DNA of 64,000 bases from Lawsonibacter sp. (GCA_045534105.1 JAZSJB010000017.1:8591-72590), one strand, 5' to 3'. Shown: positions 1 to 8,785, counted from the first letter of the stretch. Made by a program: numbers and translations. The notes: generated from the sequence alone by a model not told the origin.

Positions 1-124
1 TTACACAGTAGGAACAAGGGCATTTTTCCTCGCTGCAAGTTTTTGACGGACGGTCATCACAGCAGAGTTGATTGCCATAATAGTGTTTATAGTTGTTATC
101 GTTGAAAGGGTTTTGTTTGCTCAT
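1..124 (-). CDS. 5' end of a Cys-rich hypothetical protein running off the left edge (MSKQNPFNDNNYKHYYGNQLCCDDRPSKTCSEEKCPCSYCV...)
   Basis: ATG at 124 (minus strand) with an AGGGGG RBS 6 nt upstream; frame open to the window edge; CATAGTAT (sigE/sigK-type -10) upstream. Confidence 0.5.
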   Translation of the reverse strand, partial: MSKQNPFNDNNYKHYYGNQLCCDDRPSKTCSEEKCPCSYCV

Positions 125-412
125 GACGATCCCCCTATAAGATTACAAAATGAAGGACCTGTCACATACTATGTTTCCCTTTAGAAAATGACACATATAA
201 GCCGCCCCAACAGTTGGCGTGTGGGAATAGGCTATCCCGCGTATTGAACGCGTTGTTGGCCCGGTTTAGAGGGGTGATTTACATCTCTGTCCGGGAGCAC
301 AGTTGAAGCGGCAAACTACCTTTCAATTCTCGTTTTGTTTAGGATAAAAACACCTTGCTTGCTGCTTGCAAACCACTGATTTTACTGGGATTCGCCAGAT
401 CCTTTAATGATA

Positions 413-421
413 CTCCGACCA
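413..421 (+). repeat. tRNA-Pro 3'-end core CTCCGACCA (att-like direct repeat)
   Basis: Identical to 30195-30203 and, like that copy, followed immediately by a terminator hairpin. Confidence 0.65.
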
Positions 422-457
422 AAAGTCCTCTGATTCCAATGGATTCAGAGGACTTTT
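421..457. terminator. Bidirectional intrinsic terminator
   Basis: AAAAGTCCTCTGA (421-433) / TCAGAGGACTTTT (445-457) perfect inverted repeat downstream of the integrase. Confidence 0.8.
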
Positions 458-487
458 TCTTTAATTTTTGGCTCATAATTGCGGTTC

Positions 488-1900
488 TCACACAGCCTGC
501 GCCTTGAGCTGCGCCAGCTCTGCTTTCATCTCCCGGATCAGCACCACCAGCTTTTCTTCGCATTCCTCACGGGTGTGGGCGTAGACATTTCGGGAGCGTT
601 TTTTGCCGTCGATCCACTTGGGCGAGTATCGTCCTTCCCACAGGTGGTCGTTGATTTGGGTCACACATCCGGTGCCCGGTTTGCGCCGGTTGCTCTTGAC
701 CGGTTGGAACTCCTCTGTCGGCTTTTGCGGTCTTTCGTCGCCTTCCCCCGCTTCCGTTACTTTGCCGATCCCACGGTCGATATTTGCCGCCGCTTCTTCC
801 TGCATGGTGTCAGTGATGTGGGTGTAGATATCCAAAGTCGTTGCCGCCGAGGTGTGGCCGATGATGGCGGACAGCGTTTTCACATCCATACCGTTTTCCA
901 GCGCAGCGGTGGCGAAGGTGTGCCGGAGGTCATGAAATCTGATCCGCTTGCACTGTGCCAGTTCCAGAATGGTGTGCATTTTTTTGCGGCACCATGCCGG
1001 GTCCATTGGCGCGTCCTCCTTGATGCGGGATGGGAACATCCATCGGGAGAACACACCTTTTTTGTACTCTCTCAGCACCTCCAGCAGGACCGGCGGCAGG
1101 ATGATGGTACGTATGGATGCCTTTGTTTTCGGCTCGGACACCGTCAGGTCACCCTTCACACGGTATACCTGCTTGTTGATCCTCAGTTCCCCTGTCTCGA
1201 AGTTCAGGTCATCCCATTGCAGTGCCAGCAGTTCGCCCCGCCGCAGTCCTGTGGCCAATTCCAGAAGGAAGACTTCGAAGAAGTTTTCTTCCTTGGCCTA
1301 CAGCAGAAACCGCTGCATCTCCTCACGGGTCAGCACCTGCATCTCCCTGGTTTTCTTGGGCGGCAGCTTGCAGCCGATAGCGGGATTCTCCTGTATGAGT
1401 CCCTCCTGTACCGCCTTGTCCAGTGCGGCGCGACAGGTGGCGTGGCAGCCACGCACCGCCCGGTTGGATAATCCTTCACCGTAATGCTCCACCTGCCGCA
1501 CACGGCCTTCTGTTTTTAGCTTATTATAGAATTTCTGAAGGTCAGCCTGAGTGAGCTTGTCCAGCCGGATATGTCCCAATTCAGGAACGATGTGGTGTCT
1601 GATCCTGCTCTCATAATTTGCCTGTGTCGTGGGTCTGAGTTTTGGCTTGCAGTAATGCTCGAACCAGAATTCCACCCAATCGCCAAAGCGCATATCGGAT
1701 TTTACCGTCTTGGAGCGTATCCAGCCGCACTCCGCTTTTAGTGCCTCCAGTTTCTCATCGCATTCCTTTTTGGTTTTGGCCAGTACGTTCTTGGTTTTGG
1801 GAAGGCCGTTTTCATCGTAGCCTATCACATAGCGTCCTTCCCAGCGTCCGTCCTTTCTCAGCCGGAGCGTTCCATCACCGGCTTTTCGCTTTTTTGCCAT
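488..1900 (-). pseudogene. Tyrosine integrase (second of the tandem pair) interrupted by an in-frame amber stop
   Basis: ORFs 1298..1900 and 488..1258 share a frame; TAG at 1298-1300 (MQRFLL*AKEENFFEVFLLELATGLRRGE); catalytic motifs GLRRGE, FHDLRHT, IGH, IYTH intact. Confidence 0.9.
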
Positions 1901-3066
1901 GAGCTCGCCCCCTTTCCGAGAATATCTTCCATGAAGCCGCCAACTACATTCGCCGCCTGCTCCTGCATATCCTTTGTCACGTGGGTGTAGGTGTCCAGCG
2001 TGAAGGAGGCGTTTGTGTGGCCCAGGATACCGGAAAGTGCCTTGGCATCCACACCGCTGGTCAGTGCATGGGTGGCGAAGGTGTGTCGTAAGTCATGAAA
2101 TCTGATATCAGGCAGTCCTGCCTTGTTTAGCAGTGCTTTCAGATGCACATAGGCATAATGGGGCGAGGTCGGATGCTCCGGCTTCACCGGGTGATGGAAG
2201 ATCCATTCACTCAGTGCATTTTGTTTCCGCCTGCGCAGCAGGTCTGCCGTGCTCTTTGGCAGAACGATGGTACGTTTTCCTTTTCCGGTTTTGGTTTCGC
2301 CGGTGCTGTATTCTCCCTCACGTTGATAGTGCAGGGTGCGTGCAATTTTCAGCGTACCCTTTTCTTCGTCGAAGTCCTGCCATTGCAGACCGCAGATCTC
2401 GCCGCGCCGCAGTCCGGTGGTCAGCTCCGTATAGAAGAAATCATACCAGGGCTCATCCGCTTCGATGGCCTTCATGAAGATATCCATCTGCTCATTGGTC
2501 AGGATCTTCTTCGGCTTCTGACTGCATTTCGGCACCGTGGTGCCCTCTGTCGGATTCTTATGGATCAGATGTTCTTTCTTTGCGACGCTCATCGCCAGAT
2601 GAAGCATGGAGTGTATGCGGCGTATGGTGGTGTCAGAAAGTTCTTTGCCGAATTCCGGGTGCTCATGGATGCGCCCCTCTTTTTTCAGCTTGATATACAT
2701 TCGCTGCACATCGGTAGTCGTGATCTGCGAGATACGCTTATGACCGAGGATGGGGCCGATGTACTGCTCCGCATATCTGCGGTAGCCGCTCAGTGTGCTT
2801 TCTCGCACCGTGGTGGCCGCATATTTCTCCAGCCACTGGTCAAGCCATTCACCGAGGGTCATGTTACTGGCTTCGGTCAGCTCCGCACCCTGGTATGCGT
2901 CAATGAGCTGGTGGAGCTTTCCCGTCATTTCCTTTTGCGTGGCTCCGTATGCGTAACGGAAGATGGGATCTCCATTATCTTTATGGCCCACAACGATACG
3001 GCACTGCCATCGTCCGTTTTCCAGTTTTCGCACCATACCGTCACCGGACGGCCTGCGCTTTGCCAT
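1858..3066 (-). CDS. int: Tyrosine recombinase/integrase (Tn916/ICEBs1-like)
   Basis: N-terminal arm-binding domain, SAM-like domain, TGLRRGEICGL, KT, FHDLRHTFAT, LGH, TYTH. Confidence 0.95.
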   Translation of the reverse strand: MAKRRPSGDGMVRKLENGRWQCRIVVGHKDNGDPIFRYAYGATQKEMTGKLHQLIDAYQGAELTEASNMTLGEWLDQWLEKYAATTVRESTLSGYRRYAEQYIGPILGHKRISQITTTDVQRMYIKLKKEGRIHEHPEFGKELSDTTIRRIHSMLHLAMSVAKKEHLIHKNPTEGTTVPKCSQKPKKILTNEQMDIFMKAIEADEPWYDFFYTELTTGLRRGEICGLQWQDFDEEKGTLKIARTLHYQREGEYSTGETKTGKGKRTIVLPKSTADLLRRRKQNALSEWIFHHPVKPEHPTSPHYAYVHLKALLNKAGLPDIRFHDLRHTFATHALTSGVDAKALSGILGHTNASFTLDTYTHVTKDMQEQAANVVGGFMEDILGKGASSWQKSEKPVMERSG

Positions 3067-3099
3067 GGGTTTTCACCTCCAATCGAATTTCATTTTTAA

Positions 3100-3426
3100 T
3101 TAGGTTTCTGTATCGTTCTTATCGTTGACCTGCGCTTTGCGGCAGGCCCGTTCTTCCTCCTCCTTGGCGAAGGAGTACATCGCCTCCTCCGCAAGTTCTC
3201 TGTGGATGCCGCAGGCGAGACGGTAGCCGCAGGTGAAGCTGTGCAGGGTGGCATGACCCCGCAGACTGTCCTCCATGTCCACCAGCCGCAGCAGGAGTTT
3301 CCGGTCATCCTTCGCCAGCCGGGAAGAGAGATCTTTGTGGGTGCGGTCAATCTCATCGGATAGATCCTGTATCGACCGGGGCGTAGTTTCAAACTGCCTT
3401 TGCAGTGCTTTCATGTAGTCGTACAT
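3100..3426 (-). CDS. Hypothetical ICE/IME protein (DUF6809-like), 108 aa
   Basis: Start MYDYMKALQRQF with an AGGTGAG RBS; helical, ...SFTCGYRLACGIHREL; directly upstream of int. Confidence 0.65.
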   Translation of the reverse strand: MYDYMKALQRQFETTPRSIQDLSDEIDRTHKDLSSRLAKDDRKLLLRLVDMEDSLRGHATLHSFTCGYRLACGIHRELAEEAMYSFAKEEEERACRKAQVNDKNDTET

Positions 3427-3431
3427 ATCGC

Positions 3432-3632
3432 TCACCTCACCTGCGGGAAGCGGTGCGGCTCCGCTACGCACTGGTACAGGATCGCTCCGCAGTTGCCGCA
3501 GATCAGGAACTTGATGCGGTTGCCCAGCAGACCGTTTCGCTTGAAGGTTACAAGCGCATCGTGCTGCCAGCCGACACGGATGTCGTTGCCGCCGCAGTAG
3601 CGACACTGCTTGACCGGAAGTTGATTCATCAT
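3432..3632 (-). CDS. Small zinc-ribbon protein, 66 aa
   Basis: CRYCGG and CGNCG pairs; GGAGG RBS. Confidence 0.7.
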   Translation of the reverse strand: MMNQLPVKQCRYCGGNDIRVGWQHDALVTFKRNGLLGNRIKFLICGNCGAILYQCVAEPHRFPQVR

Positions 3633-3770
3633 AGTCGCTTCCTCCGTTTCTGTATTTTTGCAAACACACAATACCGGAAGAGCAGATGAATAGCCAATGA
3701 AAGAAGTGCCGATACAGAAAATTCTACGAAAGCAACAACGCCGATGTTATTTGGGGTTGTCCAGAAAATA

Positions 3771-3802
3771 TTTCTATTGATTACAGCGCCCCAAAATATG
3801 AC
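3771..3802 (+). repeat. Copy 1 of a ~32-bp element motif (TTTCTATTGATTACAGCGCCCCAAAATATGAC)
   Basis: 27/32 identical to 29868-29899. Confidence 0.7.
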
Positions 3803-3806
3803 AGTG

Positions 3807-5750
3807 CTACATAGACATGGTTGGCCCTCTGTATTCCTCGTACACATTGCCTTTCAGACCGTGGGCGGCGCGCTTTTCCATGAGTTCCTCCAACCGCTTC
3901 CGGTCGATCTGGATGCCGCCGGGATTGGACTGCGGCAGCGAATGTTCCTGGAAGATCCTGCCCATGTGGTGGAGCAGACGGGTGACGCCCAGGAACACGT
4001 TGGGAGGTCTGCCGCTGTTCTGCTGTTGAAGAAGCGATTCGGCGTAGACATTGCCCTGCACAGCGGATTTGGTCAGCCAGTGGATGCCCATCGTTTTGTC
4101 GTACTCCACGCCCTGGCCCATGAGGTACAGCTTGCCCAGTATATACTGCGCATACTGATTCCCGTTCTGTGCCGCGCGGTCAAACCACTTTGCTGCTGCG
4201 GTGAGATTTCGCTCTATATTTTTTCCTCTGTAGTACTCCTTGCCTATACGGTAGGCGGCGTAGTCGTTTCCGCTTTGCGCAGCGGTTTCCAACCAACGCA
4301 TCCCTTGTTCCGGATCGCGCACCTCCACATCGTCAGAGAGCAGGAGTTTTCCGAGAGCGTACTGCGCATAGCTGTGGCCCTGCTCCGCCGCCTGCTGAAA
4401 CCAGTACCGAGCATTGACTGTGTTGGGTGTCAGCAGAGGCCCGTCCCGCCACAGCTTGCCCATGAGATACTGTGCGCGCTTGTCACCAGTTTTGGCCAGC
4501 GTTTCCAGTTCAGAGACAGTTTCGCTTCGCTCATCCAGAGTCAGGGTGTTGTCCCGAATCACATCCCGCAGTGTCCAGTAGTCATAGGAGGCGTTGCGGA
4601 ACTCCTCCGGTTCGCTCTCCCGCTCTACGCCCTTGTCCTCGAAGAAGAGTTTGCACTGGAGGATGTTCTCCGCTTCTTTGATGACCGCATTCTTGATGGA
4701 CCGGAATTCCTTCTGCTGTGACAGTGGCACACGCTTCTGTTCTTTGTCATGGTAGTACGCATCCACCTTGCCCTGGAGGATCTGCCACTGCTCATAGCAC
4801 TTGCGCACGCTGGGGAGCCGCTCCATCTCATCCACAATTTTGTCAACCAATTTCTTTTGCGGCTTTGGAAGATACCCGTAGGACTTTTTGCCTTTTACAT
4901 TTTCGAGCTGCAGAGCCAGTTCCAGCATGAGCTGCTCCGCGTCGGGGTGATTGCAGATACCCTCCTTCATGGTCCGCACCATTTCCAGCATTGCCTTCCG
5001 TGCTTCGTGCACCAGTTCATCGCGGGACACTGACTTCTGCTCATAGAGGTGGAGCATCTCATTCTGGAAGATGTGGTTGGTGAGCGAGGACTTAATCTGC
5101 CGGATACCATCCTTGCTGAGATAGGCCTGTCCCGCTTTTGCAGACCATGCCATCATGTGGACATGGGGATGCTCGCCCTCATCATGGAAGGCAGCGTACC
5201 AGCGGAAGTCGTTGGGCGCTATCTTCATCGCCGCAGCGATGTCGTTGCGGTGAGCACGGAGCAGGTCACGCCACGCGGCGGCGTTATCGAAACCGAGACG
5301 AGCGGCATCCTCTCGTTTGAGAGAGATGATGTGGGTCCATACATTTCCGGTGTAGTTCTCCAACTCATTCATAGCTTTGTCCAGCACCACACCATCTTCA
5401 TCACCGAACAGACCGTGTTCACCCAGACGCTCGACGCGGGGACGAGTGGCGATGTACTTCATGTACTGGTCTGACTCGTGGAGCGCATCCCAGTTGGACT
5501 CCAGCGCCAGCGTGATGAACGCAGAGGCGTTGGCCTTGGTCGGCTTTTCGATGTAGTCGCTGTACTCATACAATTCCTTGACCTCTGGAAAGTCCTTTAC
5601 CAGTTTTGTGATGAGCTGCTCCTGCTTTCGCGTGGGTGGACGGTCATCCGGGATGATCTCCACACGCTCACGGGTCGCGATGTACTTGAGGTAACCGGAC
5701 GCACCACCGGTGCTCTTGATGTAGGGACTCTTGAGGATCAGCTTTGCCAT
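3807..5750 (-). CDS. MobP3-type relaxase with C-terminal Sel1-like repeats
   Basis: YLKYIATRERVE and YMKYIATRPRVE motifs, WTHIISL, FHDEGEHPHVH (HUH); repeated AQYxLGKL...W...AA.QG units. Confidence 0.9.
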   Translation of the reverse strand: MAKLILKSPYIKSTGGASGYLKYIATRERVEIIPDDRPPTRKQEQLITKLVKDFPEVKELYEYSDYIEKPTKANASAFITLALESNWDALHESDQYMKYIATRPRVERLGEHGLFGDEDGVVLDKAMNELENYTGNVWTHIISLKREDAARLGFDNAAAWRDLLRAHRNDIAAAMKIAPNDFRWYAAFHDEGEHPHVHMMAWSAKAGQAYLSKDGIRQIKSSLTNHIFQNEMLHLYEQKSVSRDELVHEARKAMLEMVRTMKEGICNHPDAEQLMLELALQLENVKGKKSYGYLPKPQKKLVDKIVDEMERLPSVRKCYEQWQILQGKVDAYYHDKEQKRVPLSQQKEFRSIKNAVIKEAENILQCKLFFEDKGVERESEPEEFRNASYDYWTLRDVIRDNTLTLDERSETVSELETLAKTGDKRAQYLMGKLWRDGPLLTPNTVNARYWFQQAAEQGHSYAQYALGKLLLSDDVEVRDPEQGMRWLETAAQSGNDYAAYRIGKEYYRGKNIERNLTAAAKWFDRAAQNGNQYAQYILGKLYLMGQGVEYDKTMGIHWLTKSAVQGNVYAESLLQQQNSGRPPNVFLGVTRLLHHMGRIFQEHSLPQSNPGGIQIDRKRLEELMEKRAAHGLKGNVYEEYRGPTMSM

Positions 5751-6169
5751 TCGTCATCATCCCAATCCGTAGTTTCGTCCCACAGCTGCGCGCGCTTTTC
5801 CAGAGAGATGCGCCCGTTGGTCTGCTTCACATTTTTCACGCTCTGCGCACGGCGGCGCTTCAGGTCATCCCTGTCCAGCTTTGCGATGTCTGAAATGATC
5901 CCCACCAGCATATCCAGCTCCACCGCATGGTTGAAGGACAGTGAGGAGAGATTCTTCTCCAGAATTTTGAGCCGTCCATTCATTGCAGAGGCAATCGCCA
6001 TGGGGAGCATATCGTTGTGGTTGGCTGAGAGCCAGTCCGCGTAGAAGCTGACGGCCTTGTCAATGAACTCATTCATGCTGCGGCAGTTGTCCGCTTCGTA
6101 CCACTGCTCGATCTTCTGCCTGGTCTCCGGCTCCGGCCGGTAGGTCAGGCGCTCCTTGTTTTCGCTCAT
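5738..6169 (-). CDS. Relaxosome accessory (RHH/MobC-like) protein
   Basis: Overlaps the relaxase start; N-terminal strand-helix-helix pattern (RLTYRPEPETRQKIEQWY...SMNEFIDKAVSFY). Confidence 0.65.
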   Translation of the reverse strand: MSENKERLTYRPEPETRQKIEQWYEADNCRSMNEFIDKAVSFYADWLSANHNDMLPMAIASAMNGRLKILEKNLSSLSFNHAVELDMLVGIISDIAKLDRDDLKRRRAQSVKNVKQTNGRISLEKRAQLWDETTDWDDDEWQS

Positions 6170-6520
6170 GTTTTTCACTCCAATCTTCGTTAATGTCATA
6201 TTAGATGCCGCCGAAAAGCCTGCAACCATCGGTGGTTCGGGGACGGCAGACGCCAATCGTGAACAAATCCCCTGAAACAGACGCCAGAATACATGCACCT
6301 AAGAGGTTTTGTAAAACCCCCGTAAACTGCCCGCACTGCGGGCAGTTGTGGTCGCCTATAACGCCGGAAGCGGCGCCAGGGCTTTATCCCGCTTCTTCTT
6401 TCGTCCTCGTAACCTCGGCCAAAAGGGGCGATTTTCGCTCTCAAACCCCTTATGGGGGCTGGGACGCCACCCAGCCCGAAAGGGCGCACACAGCGGCACA
6501 CAGGGGCGAACACAGGCCGG
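6170..6520. other. Probable oriT region
   Basis: Non-coding gap upstream of the mob genes; 11-bp inverted repeat AACTGCCCGCA/TGCGGGCAGTT (6325-6347); TATCCCGC (6385-6392) resembles the MOBP nick motif YATCCTG/Y. Confidence 0.45.
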
Positions 6521-6976
6521 TTATGCGCTTTGTCCATCGTCTGCCGGGATGAACTGGATGCCCAGCTTTTCAGCTTTTGCTCTGGCTTTCTGCTGCATAG
6601 TAGCGAGGTCTGCTTTGGCGAATTGCCGGTCGTAATACGCCTGCGTGACTTCGTGCATCGGGACGAGGGTGTACAGCAGGTTGCCGTTTTTCTTGATGCC
6701 CTGCTTCGTGATGATCTCCGTGTTCGCCGTGACGATGAGCCCGCGCTCCTCCAGCAGTCGGACATAGTTCGCCACCGTGTTTCGGCAGTAGTGCAGCTTC
6801 TTTGCCATGGTCGCCGCGCTGGGGTGACACTGACCGGTCCTGCGGTCGGCGTGACGCAGCAGGTAGAGGTAGACCGCGATGGCTCCACCGGGCAGATCGA
6901 ACTCGAGCAGTTCATTGGGTACAGGGAAACAGTTTTTCACGTGCTCCCAACCGACAGGTGGTTTCGTTCTTCTCAT
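6521..6976 (-). CDS. Winged-HTH protein (replication-initiator N-terminal-like)
   Basis: AIAVYLYLLRHAD...CHPSAATMAKKLHYCRNTVANYVRLLEERGLI. Confidence 0.75.
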   Translation of the reverse strand: MRRTKPPVGWEHVKNCFPVPNELLEFDLPGGAIAVYLYLLRHADRRTGQCHPSAATMAKKLHYCRNTVANYVRLLEERGLIVTANTEIITKQGIKKNGNLLYTLVPMHEVTQAYYDRQFAKADLATMQQKARAKAEKLGIQFIPADDGQSA

Positions 6977-7188
6977 GTGCGCTCACCACCCTTCGTGTGT
7001 TTCTCCACCCACTGGATGAACTTTTCCTTCGGTACCACCATGCGATTGCCGATGCGCAGAGTGGGAAAATCTTTTTCGTGCATTAGCTCGTATGCGCTGG
7101 ACGGCGCGACGCCCAGAGTCTTTGCCACCGTATCCGAGTTGAGGAACAGCGGCAGTTCGTCATAGCTTTTATAGATAGATGATTTCAT
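6973..7188 (-). CDS. xis: Excisionase-like HTH protein
   Basis: ELPLFLNSDTVAKTLGVAPSSAYELMHEKDFPTLRIGNRMVVPKEKFIQWV; AGGAGG RBS. Confidence 0.8.
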   Translation of the reverse strand: MKSSIYKSYDELPLFLNSDTVAKTLGVAPSSAYELMHEKDFPTLRIGNRMVVPKEKFIQWVEKHTKGGERT

Positions 7189-7190
7189 TT

Positions 7191-7532
7191 TCAATCCTCC
7201 TGTTCGTTGAGATGGAACAGTTCAGCGAACTCCTCAACAGAATGAACGATGCCGAACTGTTTCAGTTGTTGGTAGCGGATCAGATCGCAGAGTGTCCGCA
7301 GACTGACCTCCGCGTACTCCAGCAGTTTATCCATAGCGAGCACCTGCTGGTATGTGCTCAGCACTGTACGCTCATCCGGCGACTGGAAATATGCGCGCAG
7401 CTCATTCGCCGTTGGCACGCTCTCCGGTGCGGCCTGCTGCATCTCCTGACGGACATAGTCGATGGTTTCCTGTTCTATATTCGCGGTCAGAAGATCCAGC
7501 AATTGTCGCTTGCTCTTTTCAAATTCATCCAT
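7191..7532 (-). CDS. Hypothetical protein, 113 aa
   Basis: AAGGAG RBS before MDEFEKS; abuts xis. Confidence 0.65.
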   Translation of the reverse strand: MDEFEKSKRQLLDLLTANIEQETIDYVRQEMQQAAPESVPTANELRAYFQSPDERTVLSTYQQVLAMDKLLEYAEVSLRTLCDLIRYQQLKQFGIVHSVEEFAELFHLNEQED

Positions 7533-7675
7533 GCTTGCACGCTCCTTTGTAGTTTCAGATGAGGAATTTATGACTGCGGCCAATCAGTCAGAAAAATCCC
7601 TTCACCTATTAGGACACTCAGAGCACGTTTGTAAACCAGAAAATAAAAAATTCTCAAAAAATTTGAGGCGCCCTG

Positions 7676-8065
7676 TCATAAGACAGAGCGCCCCAGCTTT
7701 TCGTGAAGCTTTTTCAGCCGCTTTGATACCGCCATTTTGGAAATGTCGTAGACTTGACCGATCTCCTCCATGGTCAGCTCACCGCTGTATCGAAGCGAGA
7801 TCAACTTCTGATCCTTGGCATCCAGTTCTTCAATGGCTCCCCGCAGATTTTCAAGTCGGAGGTTCCGGAGCACGGCATCCTCCACGGGACGCCTGACATA
7901 GTCCGAGCCGGACAGCACCGTTTCAAACTCACTTTTACTCAGATGCCTTGAGTCCTGCTTTTTCTGCGCCTGTTCCCGCTTCTGATCCTGCTCCAGGAAG
8001 TCTGCGACCTCCTTTGGCACTGATACTTGCTCACCGTTGTATTCGATCACGACATAGTCGTTCAT
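7676..8065 (-). CDS. Sigma-70 region 4 domain regulator (Tn916 Orf7-like)
   Basis: LRGAIEELDAKDQKLISLRYSGELTMEEIGQVYDISKMAVSKRLKK. Confidence 0.85.
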   Translation of the reverse strand: MNDYVVIEYNGEQVSVPKEVADFLEQDQKREQAQKKQDSRHLSKSEFETVLSGSDYVRRPVEDAVLRNLRLENLRGAIEELDAKDQKLISLRYSGELTMEEIGQVYDISKMAVSKRLKKLHEKLGRSVL

Positions 8066-8289
8066 TTGTGTCCTTTCCGCTCTCGACGGAAAGGCGCACA
8101 CCCGCGCTGCCGGCACAGCGCCAAAAACTGTAGACCTTCATGGAAGTTTCCTTCGTACAGGGAGGTTATGGTTGCCCTACGAGGCCCATGAATGTCTGAG
8201 GTCACACATGGGTGTGAACCTCACCGGAAAGCTGCGAGATTTAGGCTTTCGCCTAATTTCAGAGTAATGGAATAGCATGGTTTTGTCAA
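8066..8289 (-). promoter_or_regulatory. SigA-type promoter and structured leader of the sigma-factor gene
   Basis: Minus-strand TTGACA (8289-8284), 17 bp, TACTCT (8266-8261); five consecutive hairpins up to the ATG. Confidence 0.65.
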
Positions 8290-8365
8290 TCACATAGTTG
8301 CGACAGTTTTCGTTCATTCTCAACACGTCTGCGAGGACGGCAAGCTGGCGCTATGCGTCGGAGGG

Positions 8366-8397
8366 CGGATTCTTATTGACTTCAGCAGCGCAAAATA
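8366..8397 (+). repeat. Copy 2 of the ~32-bp motif; left boundary of the cobamide cargo
   Basis: CGGATTCTTATTGACTTCAGCAGCGCAAAATA; 28/32 identical to 29864-29895, last 15 bp perfect. Confidence 0.85.
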
Positions 8398-8489
8398 ATT
8401 AGGATCAAACCTTGTAATATTGGCTGTGTCTTTAATTTTGGAATTGTAGCTCTTGGGCTTTGAACTTGCAAGGTATTCGGAGAAAAAGA

Positions 8490-8517
8490 TTGACTTTTTG
8501 GCAAGTTAGTTTATAAT
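8490..8517 (+). promoter_or_regulatory. SigA promoter of the cobamide operon
   Basis: TTGACT-16 bp-TATAAT just upstream of the riboswitch. Confidence 0.65.
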
Positions 8518-8536
8518 AATAGCTAATTTAATACGA

Positions 8537-8722
8537 ACATTTGAGTGCCACTAATTTCGACAGGAATTGGTGGAGAATAGTGAACCCGGTTAGAATCCGG
8601 GACGGTACCGCCGCTGTATGCGTGGAGGCACCGCACGCGACGAAAGTCAGTCATTGGGAGCAATCCTGAGAAGGCAGTGTGGAGAGCTTATGATACGCGA
8701 GTCAGAAGACCTGCTTAAATGT
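8537..8722 (+). ncRNA. Cobalamin (AdoCbl) riboswitch
   Basis: AATAGTGAA-CCCGG-TTAGAAT-CCGGG-ACGGTACCGCCGCTGT; GTCATTGGGA...CCTGAGAAGGC; B12 box GAGTCAGAAGACCTGC; P1 8537-8546/8713-8722; precedes cbi genes. Confidence 0.95.
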
Positions 8723-8785
8723 GTTGAATGTCTATTTGCTCTCGATGTATGGAGAAATAGGTGAATTTGCTTTGCAGGAAAACGG

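Noticed and set aside
1298-1300. Amber readthrough (pyrrolysine or recoded TAG) in the integrase
   Set aside because: TAG is a normal stop elsewhere in the window (relaxase, cbiG, cobD), no pyl genes are visible, and a CAG-to-TAG transition explains it.
3746-3802. Integron attC-type folded site at motif copy 1 (GTTATTTGGGGTTGT pairing with ACAGCGCCCCAAAATATGAC)
   Set aside because: The bulged hairpin is present, but the equivalent pairing at the other two copies is weak and neither integrase can be identified as IntI by eye; it may just be the relaxase terminator.
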